36,411 nt of DNA from positions 1 to 36,411 of IMG/VR virus record IMGVR_UViG_3300008255_000264; one strand, 5' to 3'. The notes under the pieces were generated by a model. That model saw only the letters and a program-made list of their open reading frames with translations. It did no database searches and had not been told where the DNA came from. Numbering within the stretch: position 1 is the stretch's first letter; every line of letters starts with the position of its first letter. Shown here piece after piece: positions 9,633 through 18,118 of this stretch. Source of the stretch: a virus. Lineage: Duplodnaviria > Caudoviricetes. Position numbers and translations under genes: made by a program.

Positions 9633-9995
9633 TTAAACCCTTGCTTGAACCTCGTAATACAGCGGCACACCTTGCGGTGCGACATCATCAACCATGATGA
9701 TCTGATAATCTTTGTCGTCGATCCTCAGTTTGTCAGCCGTAGTCGGACGCTCTCCTGTCGCGCTAATCATCACGCGGCGGTCTTCATACTGAATTAGCGT
9801 TCCGTCGATCATTGATCTAGGATAGCCCATCACATTGCCCGTCAGGATGAACGTCGCGCCCGCTCCCGGTGTGTCCGAAGGATTGGTTTGCGTTCCTGCC
9901 CTGACCAGCGTGATTGAAAAGGCCCCGCTTCCCAGTTCGGATGCGAGGCTTGCGAGGGCGGTGTTTACTTCCGCTGCGATCTGAGAGCCGCTCAT
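9633..9995 (-). CDS. Head closure / head-tail joining protein
   Basis: IDGTLIQ.ED...P...D motif; 120 aa; synteny. Confidence 0.7.
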   Translation of the reverse strand: MSGSQIAAEVNTALASLASELGSGAFSITLVRAGTQTNPSDTPGAGATFILTGNVMGYPRSMIDGTLIQYEDRRVMISATGERPTTADKLRIDDKDYQIIMVDDVAPQGVPLYYEVQARV

Positions 9996-10276
9996 TCAAA
10001 AGCCTCCTGCATTTTCGCCCGCAGTTCATCGTGGGCCATGTCCATCGCCCCTAGGAGCGAATAAGGCCCGATCATGCCCGCAATCGTGTAGCTGCCGAGA
10101 TTGTCACCGTGAAGCCTCGCGCAGACAATGCCGGCAATCTCGCCAGCCTCGGCCATTTCCAGCATTTCGCGCAGGGCTTTGATACACCCCTCGTTCGGAG
10201 TGTAGGCATTAACCTCGCCCCCATGCAGCGCAACAACACTAGGCACGGAGCAGGAACCGGGTGTTTCCTTGGCCAT
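9992..10276 (-). CDS. Hypothetical protein inserted in head-completion genes
   Basis: 94 aa, ATGA-coupled to the next gene; no structural motif recognised. Confidence 0.55.
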   Translation of the reverse strand: MAKETPGSCSVPSVVALHGGEVNAYTPNEGCIKALREMLEMAEAGEIAGIVCARLHGDNLGSYTIAGMIGPYSLLGAMDMAHDELRAKMQEAFE

Positions 10277-10336
10277 CTAGATAGGACGATAGCAAATCCA
10301 TAGCCATGGTGGCAACCGTGCGCTGTGGCTGTGCCA

Positions 10337-10747
10337 TTATGGCCCAACCGCCCGCAGGCCGACGCGATACTTGCCCGGCATATACCGATCAAGCATAGCC
10401 GCGATCTTCGTGCTTGTCGGGCTGGCGTTCGCCCATGCATCGGCGCTGTCAGTTGAACCCGTCACCGTCCAGCGGATTTCACCGGCGCCAGTCAGCACCT
10501 TTTGCTGCGCTGGCGTGAATGTGGTTGTCCAGAAACCCGGCGTGGTCAATTCGAACGCCGCCGCTTCGTATGTAGCCTCATCCACATTGGGAGAGGTTTC
10601 GTCATAACCGGGCAGGAACTGCTCAACATAGTGGAAGCGGATATAGTCCGCAGCCCTCACAAGCGCCTGTTCGGATGTCGTCTCATTGGCCACCACAAGC
10701 CCGCGCAAGCCAGCGTAGGTTGTCCAGCCTGCGAGGGTAGCGGCCAT
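10337..10747 (-). CDS. Head-tail adaptor
   Basis: Start revised to ATG 10747 (MAATLAGW); ALVRAADYI and ATYEAA motifs; synteny after MCP. Confidence 0.7.
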   Translation of the reverse strand: MAATLAGWTTYAGLRGLVVANETTSEQALVRAADYIRFHYVEQFLPGYDETSPNVDEATYEAAAFELTTPGFWTTTFTPAQQKVLTGAGEIRWTVTGSTDSADAWANASPTSTKIAAMLDRYMPGKYRVGLRAVGP

Positions 10748-10748
10748 G

Positions 10749-10946
10749 TCAGTCCGCCTTCTGCTGAACGGCACCCTTGGCAGGGTTGCTGATCGCAGTC
10801 GCCTTCGTCGGCTTGTCAGCAACGACGCGGCCCTTGTTTACCAGCCATGCGGGGACGCTATCGCCCTTCACGGTCAGTTCGGTGCCGACTTCAACTTCTT
10901 CGCCCTTTTCGTCATAGACGCCGCTACGGGTGATTTCGATACGCAT
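10749..10946 (-). CDS. Small capsid-associated hypothetical protein
   Basis: Start revised to ATG 10946 (MRIEITR) with AAAGGA RBS; follows MCP. Confidence 0.6.
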   Translation of the reverse strand: MRIEITRSGVYDEKGEEVEVGTELTVKGDSVPAWLVNKGRVVADKPTKATAISNPAKGAVQQKAD

Positions 10947-10959
10947 GGTCGTTCCTTTC

Positions 10960-10992
10960 GGAAACATGGGGGCAGGTCTCCCCGCCCCCACA
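10960..10992 (-). terminator. Hairpin terminator after major capsid gene
   Basis: Minus strand GGGGGCGGG-GAGA-CCTGCCCCC followed by ATGTTTCC (weak U tract). Confidence 0.6.
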
Positions 10993-10996
10993 TTCA

Positions 10997-11986
10997 TCAG
11001 ATGCTGGAAACCGCAACGCCGCAGTTGTCTTCGGCGTCGAATTTCACTTCGACAGCCGCCGCGCCCATGGTGACGAAGTTGTAATCGTCCTCAGGGTTGG
11101 CGCGGAACTGTGCGCGGGTCGTCATCGGCATGCCGTTCAGAACCTGCACAACGCGGCGATCCTTGACCAGAGCAATGATCTGGCTGGCTGTCACGCTGTC
11201 CGCAGGGACGACTTCACGAACGCCGCCAAGTTCCAGCACGCGCTGTGCAATGGTCTTGGGGTAGCCGGTCGTGAACTCGGTGCTGGTGGCATAGAACCAA
11301 TCATCCCAGTTCAGATACAGGGTCGACGGAACCTTGAAGTTGTCTGCGTGAAGCAGCTTCAGGGTGGCGGTGATCTCTGCAAGCCACTCAGCGCCGGTTG
11401 CCCCGTTGAGAGCGGTACCGGTGGTGCGAGTGTTGCGGTTCGGGTTGGTGCGCAGGCCGTAAAGCACTGCCCCGCCGACCGCGATGCTGGCGTCACCATC
11501 CAAGGCGATGCTTTCCATCTTTTCGGCAACGGTGCGCATGGCATTCATGCGACCGGCGCTGTCAAGTTGGAAGCCTTCCGACTGCGCCGCCGCAACCTGC
11601 CGCCAACCGTAGCTGAACGGGCTGTCCACGATGGGCAGGGGAGTGCCGTGGTATTCGATCACAGGCTGATCGGTGCGGCCCTTCGAGCGCCCGTCAAGCG
11701 AGATATTCGCCTGCCCGCTGTCGCTGATCGTCTGGAAGTGGTGAACCAGTTTACCAATCGGCATGGGGGTGGAAACCGACGCGGCAAGGTCGTTGAACAC
11801 CGCAAGAGTGGTGCGCTGAACCTCGATGCCTTCACGATCCCACACGCCCCAAACATCCTTGGGGAGAGGGAGAGCGTTGCCGATCATGGCGTTGGTGTGA
11901 ATAGCCGCAATAGCAGCCTGCGAAGCGTTGAACTGGCGACGATTGGCCAGCACGAACGCCTGCTGTTCGGGAGTGAAACGAAGCAT
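10997..11986 (-). CDS. Major capsid protein (HK97 fold inferred)
   Basis: 329 aa after decoration and protease genes; P.PI....F.YGWR and YGLRTNPNR motifs; downstream hairpin. Confidence 0.85.
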   Translation of the reverse strand: MLRFTPEQQAFVLANRRQFNASQAAIAAIHTNAMIGNALPLPKDVWGVWDREGIEVQRTTLAVFNDLAASVSTPMPIGKLVHHFQTISDSGQANISLDGRSKGRTDQPVIEYHGTPLPIVDSPFSYGWRQVAAAQSEGFQLDSAGRMNAMRTVAEKMESIALDGDASIAVGGAVLYGLRTNPNRNTRTTGTALNGATGAEWLAEITATLKLLHADNFKVPSTLYLNWDDWFYATSTEFTTGYPKTIAQRVLELGGVREVVPADSVTASQIIALVKDRRVVQVLNGMPMTTRAQFRANPEDDYNFVTMGAAAVEVKFDAEDNCGVAVSSI

Positions 11987-12000
11987 TGTCTGTGCGCTCC

Positions 12001-12441
12001 TTACGCTGCCGGAACGGTGTAGGAGTTGGCGATGATAACATCGACCAGATCGCCTGCACTCTTCGCGCCGGGGGTATCATCAAAAAACGCCACGACCACC
12101 GTTGCGGCGGTTGCGGCTGCGAGGCGACCAGAAGCCGCGACAGTCAGCGGTGCGCCCTTGGCGTAGGTTGCCGCAGCCACCCGCGCCTGAACGACCATCC
12201 CCGGCTCAAGTTCGAGCGCGATGCCGGTGTCTTCGTCGGCATAGGCGGTTGCGACGTCCTGATCTTTGAAATCCATGTTCATCAGAAGCAGGGGGCGCTT
12301 TGCCAGTGCCGTGGTGATCTGCACCAGTTCAGTGGCGGTTTCTTCAACGAACGTGCCGGGCAGGTATGCACCCGCAACGGGCTTGTTCACGGTGCGGGGC
12401 TGAGTGGTGATCGGCCCGCGATAAATGACATTGCCAGCCAT
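12001..12441 (-). CDS. Head decoration / cement protein
   Basis: Start revised to ATG 12441 (MAGNVIYRG) with GGAGG RBS; Ala-rich; between protease and MCP. Confidence 0.72.
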   Translation of the reverse strand: MAGNVIYRGPITTQPRTVNKPVAGAYLPGTFVEETATELVQITTALAKRPLLLMNMDFKDQDVATAYADEDTGIALELEPGMVVQARVAAATYAKGAPLTVAASGRLAAATAATVVVAFFDDTPGAKSAGDLVDVIIANSYTVPAA

Positions 12442-12442
12442 G

Positions 12443-13570
12443 TTACTTGGCCTCCATATCAGCGTTGAGGTCCACACCGGCGAACTCGTCTTCGGCGTTC
12501 GCGGTGATCGGAGCGCCATTCAGGCCAGCGGCCTTGCCCGGCTTCGCCTTTTCCGCCAGTTTGCGCGCGGCATTGAGGGTCAGTTCCTTAGCGCTTTCTT
12601 CGTCAAGCAGATTGGCCTTGACGATGGTGGCGACGTGGCCAGCCAGTTCGGCTTCGTCCTTGGCCTTCTGGTTTGCCTGAATAGCCTCCAGATTGTCAGT
12701 GAGGGGCTTGATGGCATTTGCCACAGCTTCACTGATATTTATTTTTTCAAAGCCTTCCGAGAGGGTGTTAACCTTCGCGGAAAGGGCCTCGAACTGTTCA
12801 CTAGTGACAGTCATTGGTTGGTCCTTTCTGTTTCCAACAGGTTCCCGCTCGGCGGGCATTGCCCCCAAAATAGCGGCCTTCATTCGCTCCCAAATATTGG
12901 CCCTTTCGAGCCTATCGGCAGCTTCGAGCAAGCGCATGCCTGCCCAATCCAGTTCGCGCTCAGCGTCTTCAATGAGCGACGAATTAATGACTTCGATTTC
13001 CTCTTGTTCGCCCTTAGCGTTCACAAGCATACCGACGCCCTGTTCAGGGGTGGCCGCGCCTTCCTCATTCAAGAGGATAGCGTCGTGGTCGAAGAACAGG
13101 TTGCGGGCATTGGCGCGGATGCCATCCTCGCCCTCAACAGGATCAAGTTCGCAAAGCAGTCCGGTGGAGGTGTGAACAGGCTCGCCTGCCTCAATAGCGG
13201 CAAGAACCGCGCGCCCCTGTTCGCTGCGGTTGGCAACCTCAACATCAATCACCTTGTCAAGCAGCACGCGGCCCTTTTCCTGCCGCGCGTTTTCATTGTG
13301 AGCGCCGATCCAGCCAAGGTTGATGCCCTCAGGGTCGCGAGCAGAGACGAACTTGCCATTGACAAGGGGGTGGCCATAGGGCGCGGGAGTCTTGTTTAGG
13401 GTTGCGAACCCCTTGGCGATTTCATCCGCCCCGTAGCGAATGCCGTTCATGACCACGTTATCGGGCAGGGTTGCACTCGGCACGATTACCACATCGCGCC
13501 CGTTGCGCTTTTCTTTGCGAACGTTGGCCAAGTTGGCGACGGAGCGGATGTTCACGCGAATCTGTGTCAA
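12443..13570 (-). CDS. Prohead protease/scaffold (DUF2213-like)
   Basis: P.NVVMNG, P..GHP, HTSTG and DHDAIL.NE.GA motifs; coiled-coil C-terminus; TTG start overlapping the portal stop. Confidence 0.8.
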   Translation of the reverse strand: MTQIRVNIRSVANLANVRKEKRNGRDVVIVPSATLPDNVVMNGIRYGADEIAKGFATLNKTPAPYGHPLVNGKFVSARDPEGINLGWIGAHNENARQEKGRVLLDKVIDVEVANRSEQGRAVLAAIEAGEPVHTSTGLLCELDPVEGEDGIRANARNLFFDHDAILLNEEGAATPEQGVGMLVNAKGEQEEIEVINSSLIEDAERELDWAGMRLLEAADRLERANIWERMKAAILGAMPAEREPVGNRKDQPMTVTSEQFEALSAKVNTLSEGFEKINISEAVANAIKPLTDNLEAIQANQKAKDEAELAGHVATIVKANLLDEESAKELTLNAARKLAEKAKPGKAAGLNGAPITANAEDEFAGVDLNADMEAK

Positions 13571-14910
13571 GCTACGTCTCCGAACTCTGGTGTATCGCCG
13601 AAGCGTTCACTATCTGGCAGCGGATCATAGCCAACCGCCTCTCTGATTTCCGGGCCGGTGAAGATTGTTTCGCCAGCCAGCGCGCCGCTTGTAGCCTTTT
13701 GATTGATGTCCGCCATTTTGTCGGCGCGTTCCAGCTTCTCGCTGGCGCTGCTTTCTGTCAGGTCAGTCCAGCCAATCGTCCAATCACGTTCCGGCAGGAT
13801 GCCGACGCGCTCAAGACGGTTAACAAACTCAAGAACGTTAGGGCGCACGATGTTATCGCGGCGGGCCATATTCGTCTGCGCCCACTCTTGCGCGTCTTCA
13901 GTGCTGGCGCGCTCGCCAGTCTGGTTGCCGACAAGTATTTTCAGCGGAATGTTGAGCGAGGCAGCAAAGCCCTGAAGCGCAATATTGAAGAACTCTTGAG
14001 GCTGCGGCAGTGTGATTCCCAGCGTTTCAGCCTTCATGCCCTGAAGCATAAGCAGCCGGTCAAAGCCTTTTTGCCAATCCTCGACCTGGTCGTTCATCGC
14101 ATCGGCGACTTCATCCTCTCGGACGCCCATCGCATCAGCCATGTCCTTAAGGCGCGTGTCCTTGTCCGTCATCAAAATAGGCGCGCTCTTGGCGTTCTTC
14201 CAAAAGCCTTCGCCGCCTGCGCCAGAGACCTTTTCCATCGTCAGCAGGTCGTTGTAACCGGCAGTCAGCGCGCTTTCGGCGTGAACCGTGCCATCGGACG
14301 ACCACAGAATGACGCGATCCGGGTGCAGTTCGAAGCTGCGCGTGCGCGCCTCAGTTGAATTGTTGATGGTGCTGTCCGGCAATTCCGCCTCGTTGAAGGC
14401 GAACATGGTCGGCTGTCCGTAATTCTCGCTGGTTTCGTCCGTCTCCCAAGAGGAGACCCGCAATTGCCCCGACCATGCCGGGATGATTTCAACCAGCCCT
14501 TCAAGGCCACCAGGAACCCGGTCAACAGGCTCTTGGAACCGCTTGCTGTCAGCGAAACGCAGGATTGCACCAGCATACCCGCCAACCATTGCGCGGCGGT
14601 CGGTTTCCATGAGGCGCTGCCACAGGCGTAGATCTGCGAACCGCTGGCGAATGTCACCTTCAAGCGCGCTTTCTGTGGCGGTTTCGTTTTCCCAGAGCGC
14701 AGGGTTGTCCTGCCACGTCTTACCGACTGTCTTGCTGATGCCCGCACTCGCCAGACCGTTGCGCTGATACATCGCATATAGCTGCGCGAACGTCAGGAAT
14801 TCGGGATACCCAAAGTCCTTGTAGTGATTGTGCTTGGTCTCCGGGAAATAGCCCGGAAACATTGATTCGATGCGCCTTGCAGCGTTCGCAACCAACACGA
14901 GCGGATTCAT
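13567..14910 (-). CDS. Portal protein (DUF1073-like)
   Basis: 447 aa directly after TerL; HPDRV, GAGGEGFWKNA and IP.KILVG.QTGERASTED motifs. Confidence 0.88.
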   Translation of the reverse strand: MNPLVLVANAARRIESMFPGYFPETKHNHYKDFGYPEFLTFAQLYAMYQRNGLASAGISKTVGKTWQDNPALWENETATESALEGDIRQRFADLRLWQRLMETDRRAMVGGYAGAILRFADSKRFQEPVDRVPGGLEGLVEIIPAWSGQLRVSSWETDETSENYGQPTMFAFNEAELPDSTINNSTEARTRSFELHPDRVILWSSDGTVHAESALTAGYNDLLTMEKVSGAGGEGFWKNAKSAPILMTDKDTRLKDMADAMGVREDEVADAMNDQVEDWQKGFDRLLMLQGMKAETLGITLPQPQEFFNIALQGFAASLNIPLKILVGNQTGERASTEDAQEWAQTNMARRDNIVRPNVLEFVNRLERVGILPERDWTIGWTDLTESSASEKLERADKMADINQKATSGALAGETIFTGPEIREAVGYDPLPDSERFGDTPEFGDVA

Positions 14911-16223
14911 GGTCGGTGCTTCTTTCGGAGGATCATGGCGACTTGCATATGTTCCCCCAGCATCAATTCAGTGATGGCCCAAACCAGCGCATCGGCCCTG
15001 TCAGGGCTTCCCTCGCCGATGAACCCGTCAGGCCCAATCAGGCAGCATTGATCTTCGACTTCGGGCAATCCGCCCACGTGGCTAACACGGCCCTGCTCAT
15101 AGAGCGCAGCAACCGGCTCTGCGCGGGCAACCTTGCCGCGGCTGGCAGTGACTTCCTTGTAACTGACCGAACTATCGACTGTCCTGATGACGTGCTCAAC
15201 CATCGCGCCGCCGAAATTGCGCTCGGCAACAATGCGGTCGGCATTGAATTCCTTGTAAGCGGCAACTGCGCGCCTGCCCCAGCCATCCGGCGACAGTTTG
15301 CACGTGCGATCTGCAAATACGTAGCAGCGGCCATCAACGCCCTTGCCAGCAACCACAATCCCGATGCTGTCGCCTTCGTCGCCTTCGCCACCTGTGCCGC
15401 TCGGATCAACGGCGACCACGATGCGCTGCATATCCGGCGCTTCTTTGACGCGGTGGTCGTCGAACATTGCTCGCGTCCAAAGCGCACCCGGCAGGTCGTC
15501 CAGGACTTCGGCGTTTAACTCCTGCCTGCCTAGGCGCGTGCCGCCGTATCTGTTTTCAAGGTCGGCAAGAAACTGCGCGGGCAAGTTCGCCGCATTGTCG
15601 AATGTGCTGCCCCGTGTGATGACCGAGCGAGGGCTTGAAAGAATCTCTCGTAAAACCGGAATAGGCCTTGGTGTAGTGGTAACAATCACGCGAGGGTCAT
15701 TCCCTGCGCGCATCGTGAATTGCAGCATATCCCAAGTCGCACGCGCCTTGCGATACTTGGCCAGTTCGTCAACCCATGCGGTGTCGAACTCAGGGCCGCG
15801 CAACTGGTCAGGCTCTGTGCCGTTATATCCCAGCGCCTGCGCACCATTCGGCCATGTCACCCGGACGGGCTTGAACCTCACGCTTGGCCGTTCGTGTTCG
15901 GGGTGTATCGCCAGCAATCTGGCGACCATCACCTCTTCAAGGTCTTTCTGCGTCTCCGCGATTAGCGCGATCTGACGCGAACCCTGCTGAACCCGCTCTC
16001 TGACCCACTGGGCTCCTGCCTCTGTCTTTCCGAATCCACGGCCAGCATTGATTATCCAGGTGGACCAGTCACCGGGTGGGGCAAGTTGCTCTGGCCTCGC
16101 AAGGAAGCCTCGCCAATCGACCAACAAGGACTCAGCCTCTTCGTTGGTCAGACTGGCTATGAACCTTTGCCGATCTGCCTCAGGCAGGTCTCTGAGTTTT
16201 TCAGCTGGGCTTTTTGCCATCAA
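14907..16223 (-). CDS. terL: Terminase large subunit
   Basis: Walker A AGRGFGKT, Walker B AWVDE, TTTP coupling motif, nuclease VAVDP...PDRADA. Confidence 0.95.
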   Translation of the reverse strand: MMAKSPAEKLRDLPEADRQRFIASLTNEEAESLLVDWRGFLARPEQLAPPGDWSTWIINAGRGFGKTEAGAQWVRERVQQGSRQIALIAETQKDLEEVMVARLLAIHPEHERPSVRFKPVRVTWPNGAQALGYNGTEPDQLRGPEFDTAWVDELAKYRKARATWDMLQFTMRAGNDPRVIVTTTPRPIPVLREILSSPRSVITRGSTFDNAANLPAQFLADLENRYGGTRLGRQELNAEVLDDLPGALWTRAMFDDHRVKEAPDMQRIVVAVDPSGTGGEGDEGDSIGIVVAGKGVDGRCYVFADRTCKLSPDGWGRRAVAAYKEFNADRIVAERNFGGAMVEHVIRTVDSSVSYKEVTASRGKVARAEPVAALYEQGRVSHVGGLPEVEDQCCLIGPDGFIGEGSPDRADALVWAITELMLGEHMQVAMILRKKHRP

Positions 16224-16569
16224 GGAACTCGCTCAATCTGCGAGCACCAGAAGGCGACATGCTGCCATCCGAACTCTTGATGTCCTGAACCGGGGAACCG
16301 AGGCCGCGATCCTCGGCGTCTTTGATCAACTTTAGTGCTGCAGCCTCGATGAAGGAAAGAACCTTGTCTCGTTCGCCTTGCTCTTCAGAATCTGAAAACT
16401 GGTCAATCTTGTCTGCCATGGCATTGAGCAGTTTCTCGCGAATCTCCATCGCCTTCTGAGCATTGCGTCGCTCAATGGCAACCTGCTCCTTGGACTTTCC
16501 TCCAGGATTAGGACACGAACCCTTTTTGAAGCGGGTCGAAGGGGACGGATTTGGGTTGCCTCTGGGCAT
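16201..16569 (-). CDS. terS: Terminase small subunit
   Basis: FKKG.CPNPGG N-terminal motif; overlaps TerL start; strong AGGAGG RBS. Confidence 0.8.
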   Translation of the reverse strand: MPRGNPNPSPSTRFKKGSCPNPGGKSKEQVAIERRNAQKAMEIREKLLNAMADKIDQFSDSEEQGERDKVLSFIEAAALKLIKDAEDRGLGSPVQDIKSSDGSMSPSGARRLSEFLDGKKPS

Positions 16570-16696
16570 TTCCTTCTTTCAGGACTTTTAGCATAACTTG
16601 GAAACGGTTCGAGCGAGGCTCTCGTCAGAGGCCTTCTCGTCGACGAGTTTGGCAGGGTCACCGCAAAGCGGGTCAAGCGCACCTGAACCGATGCCC

Positions 16697-17206
16697 TTAT
16701 GCCCTTTCCTGCACCAAAAGCAAAGTACTAATTTTGACTGGCAATGCGAAACCTTCAAATTCCACAAATGACCATCTTCCCTTGCAGGAGACCACAACGC
16801 CGTTCAACCCCTCAAAACCAGACTCAGCAGTGCGGACGACAGTGCCAGCGGGCAGGGTTGGGTGATTGGCCTTCTCAGTGGGCTTCTTCTCAAGCGAGCG
16901 CAGGGGTAGCAAGGATTCTGCGGCAACCTTGGCAACAACCCTGTTGAACCGGAAAATGCGGAAAGGTGGGTGATTGCAAAGAGGGTCTCTTTCTTCACGC
17001 AACATTTCGGTCTCAAGGAACTCATCAACGAACACGAACGAAGGTAGCAGGGCGCTCTTGACCTTCTCACGCGATCGATCTGGCCCTGATCTGGCCAGAA
17101 CCAATTCAGTGGGCGACCAGACCATCCCCTCAAAGCCAGCCTGTTCCAGAGATTCAACAAGAGCAATTGTGGATTTCGAATTGCATCGCAACACAAGCCA
17201 ATTCAT
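16697..17206 (-). CDS. NusG-family transcription antiterminator (NGN + KOW)
   Basis: W.VL N-terminus, LLPSFVFV, KOW-like GTVVR...GFEGLNGVV; start revised to ATG 17206 with GGAGG RBS. Confidence 0.8.
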   Translation of the reverse strand: MNWLVLRCNSKSTIALVESLEQAGFEGMVWSPTELVLARSGPDRSREKVKSALLPSFVFVDEFLETEMLREERDPLCNHPPFRIFRFNRVVAKVAAESLLPLRSLEKKPTEKANHPTLPAGTVVRTAESGFEGLNGVVVSCKGRWSFVEFEGFALPVKISTLLLVQERA

Positions 17207-17230
17207 GATATTCCCTCCAATTCCGTCATC

Positions 17231-17387
17231 AGGTTCCAAGTTCCATTTTTTCGCTTATTTCCAAAACCCTCTCTCTCTTACCCCCTTTCTTAGAACTTTA
17301 TCCCAACGAAGAAGAATAGGAAAATATACGAACCTTAGAACTACTCCCTAGTCCTGGGAATCCTGCAGAATTTCCGAACTTGGAACC
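17231..17387. repeat. Origin-like element copy 1 with 12-bp terminal inverted repeats
   Basis: GGTTCCAAGTTC (17232-43) / GAACTTGGAACC (17376-87); aligns with 33322-33491. Confidence 0.85.
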
Positions 17388-17423
17388 CAGAAAAACCCAC
17401 CTTTTGCGTCAAGCAAAGCCACA

Positions 17424-17933
17424 TCATAGGTCTTTCTTGGCATGAAAGCTCACTGACCATGCCTGTGGACCAAGCAGAGATTCAGAAAAGATGAAATTAA
17501 CCCCAGCCCAGAAACAGCCTGACAAAGAGACACTTCCGTCGACCCTGTAACTTTGCCCTTCAGCACTGTCCAGTTTCACATTTCCACGCAGCCAAGGCTT
17601 GCTCGGAAGAGCAAATATGACGATCTTTGTGCCCTTGATCCCGATCAAAAGGCCGACTCTTACCCTGTCATCGACCATAGCCCTTATCTCTGCCCTTTGG
17701 TCTGGTCTGACATTGTACCGCAGAACATTTCCCTTTTCAAGGCTTCCGCACTTCAGTTCGAGGTGGACTTCAGAGCCACCTTCTCCTGGGGGGAATGGCA
17801 CCCAGCAATCTGGCAATCCGAAGGTAGAGCCAAGATTCGGCTCGATCCAACGAGCTTTCCCTTCAGACTGTCGTTTGACCCAGTCTCGTAGGCATTTTTC
17901 GCTCTCTATCACCAACCCATCCCTTCGCACCAC
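17424..17933 (-). CDS. PD-(D/E)xK nuclease (VRR-NUC / resolvase-like)
   Basis: E...GLPDC...LELK...Q pattern. Confidence 0.7.
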   Translation of the reverse strand: MVRRDGLVIESEKCLRDWVKRQSEGKARWIEPNLGSTFGLPDCWVPFPPGEGGSEVHLELKCGSLEKGNVLRYNVRPDQRAEIRAMVDDRVRVGLLIGIKGTKIVIFALPSKPWLRGNVKLDSAEGQSYRVDGSVSLSGCFWAGVNFIFSESLLGPQAWSVSFHAKKDL

Positions 17934-18118
17934 TGCAGCCCTTCAGGAGACAGTTTAAGCCATGCAGGGCGCTTCGGGCTAGGTTGCCTAGCCAATCCTC
18001 TCCTGACAAGCGCCTTGGCCGTCTGCAGGCGGACGACGCACCCTTCCGGGTGGCATTTCCACAGCCTCGTCATGGCCACATTCTGGTTCCACGTGAGCTG
18101 GCCCTTGACCCTCATCAC
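17909..18118 (-). CDS. Small basic hypothetical protein (possible winged helix)
   Basis: TAKALVRRGL...LSPEG; coupled to the primase stop. Confidence 0.5.
   Translation of the reverse strand: MMRVKGQLTWNQNVAMTRLWKCHPEGCVVRLQTAKALVRRGLARQPSPKRPAWLKLSPEGLQWCEGMGW

Noticed and set aside
10997-11986. Encapsulin/bacteriocin-like shell protein
   Set aside because: Sits in a complete terminase-portal-protease-tail context, so it is the phage capsid.
11348-15975. Long plus-strand ORFs (e.g. 11348..12022, 12425..13399, 13471..14358)
   Set aside because: Antisense shadows of well-supported GC-rich structural genes; no motifs.
17231-17387. TIR elements as IS/MITE insertions (also 33322-33491)
   Set aside because: No transposase in the window, no target-site duplication visible, and the copies are diverged with blockwise conservation.
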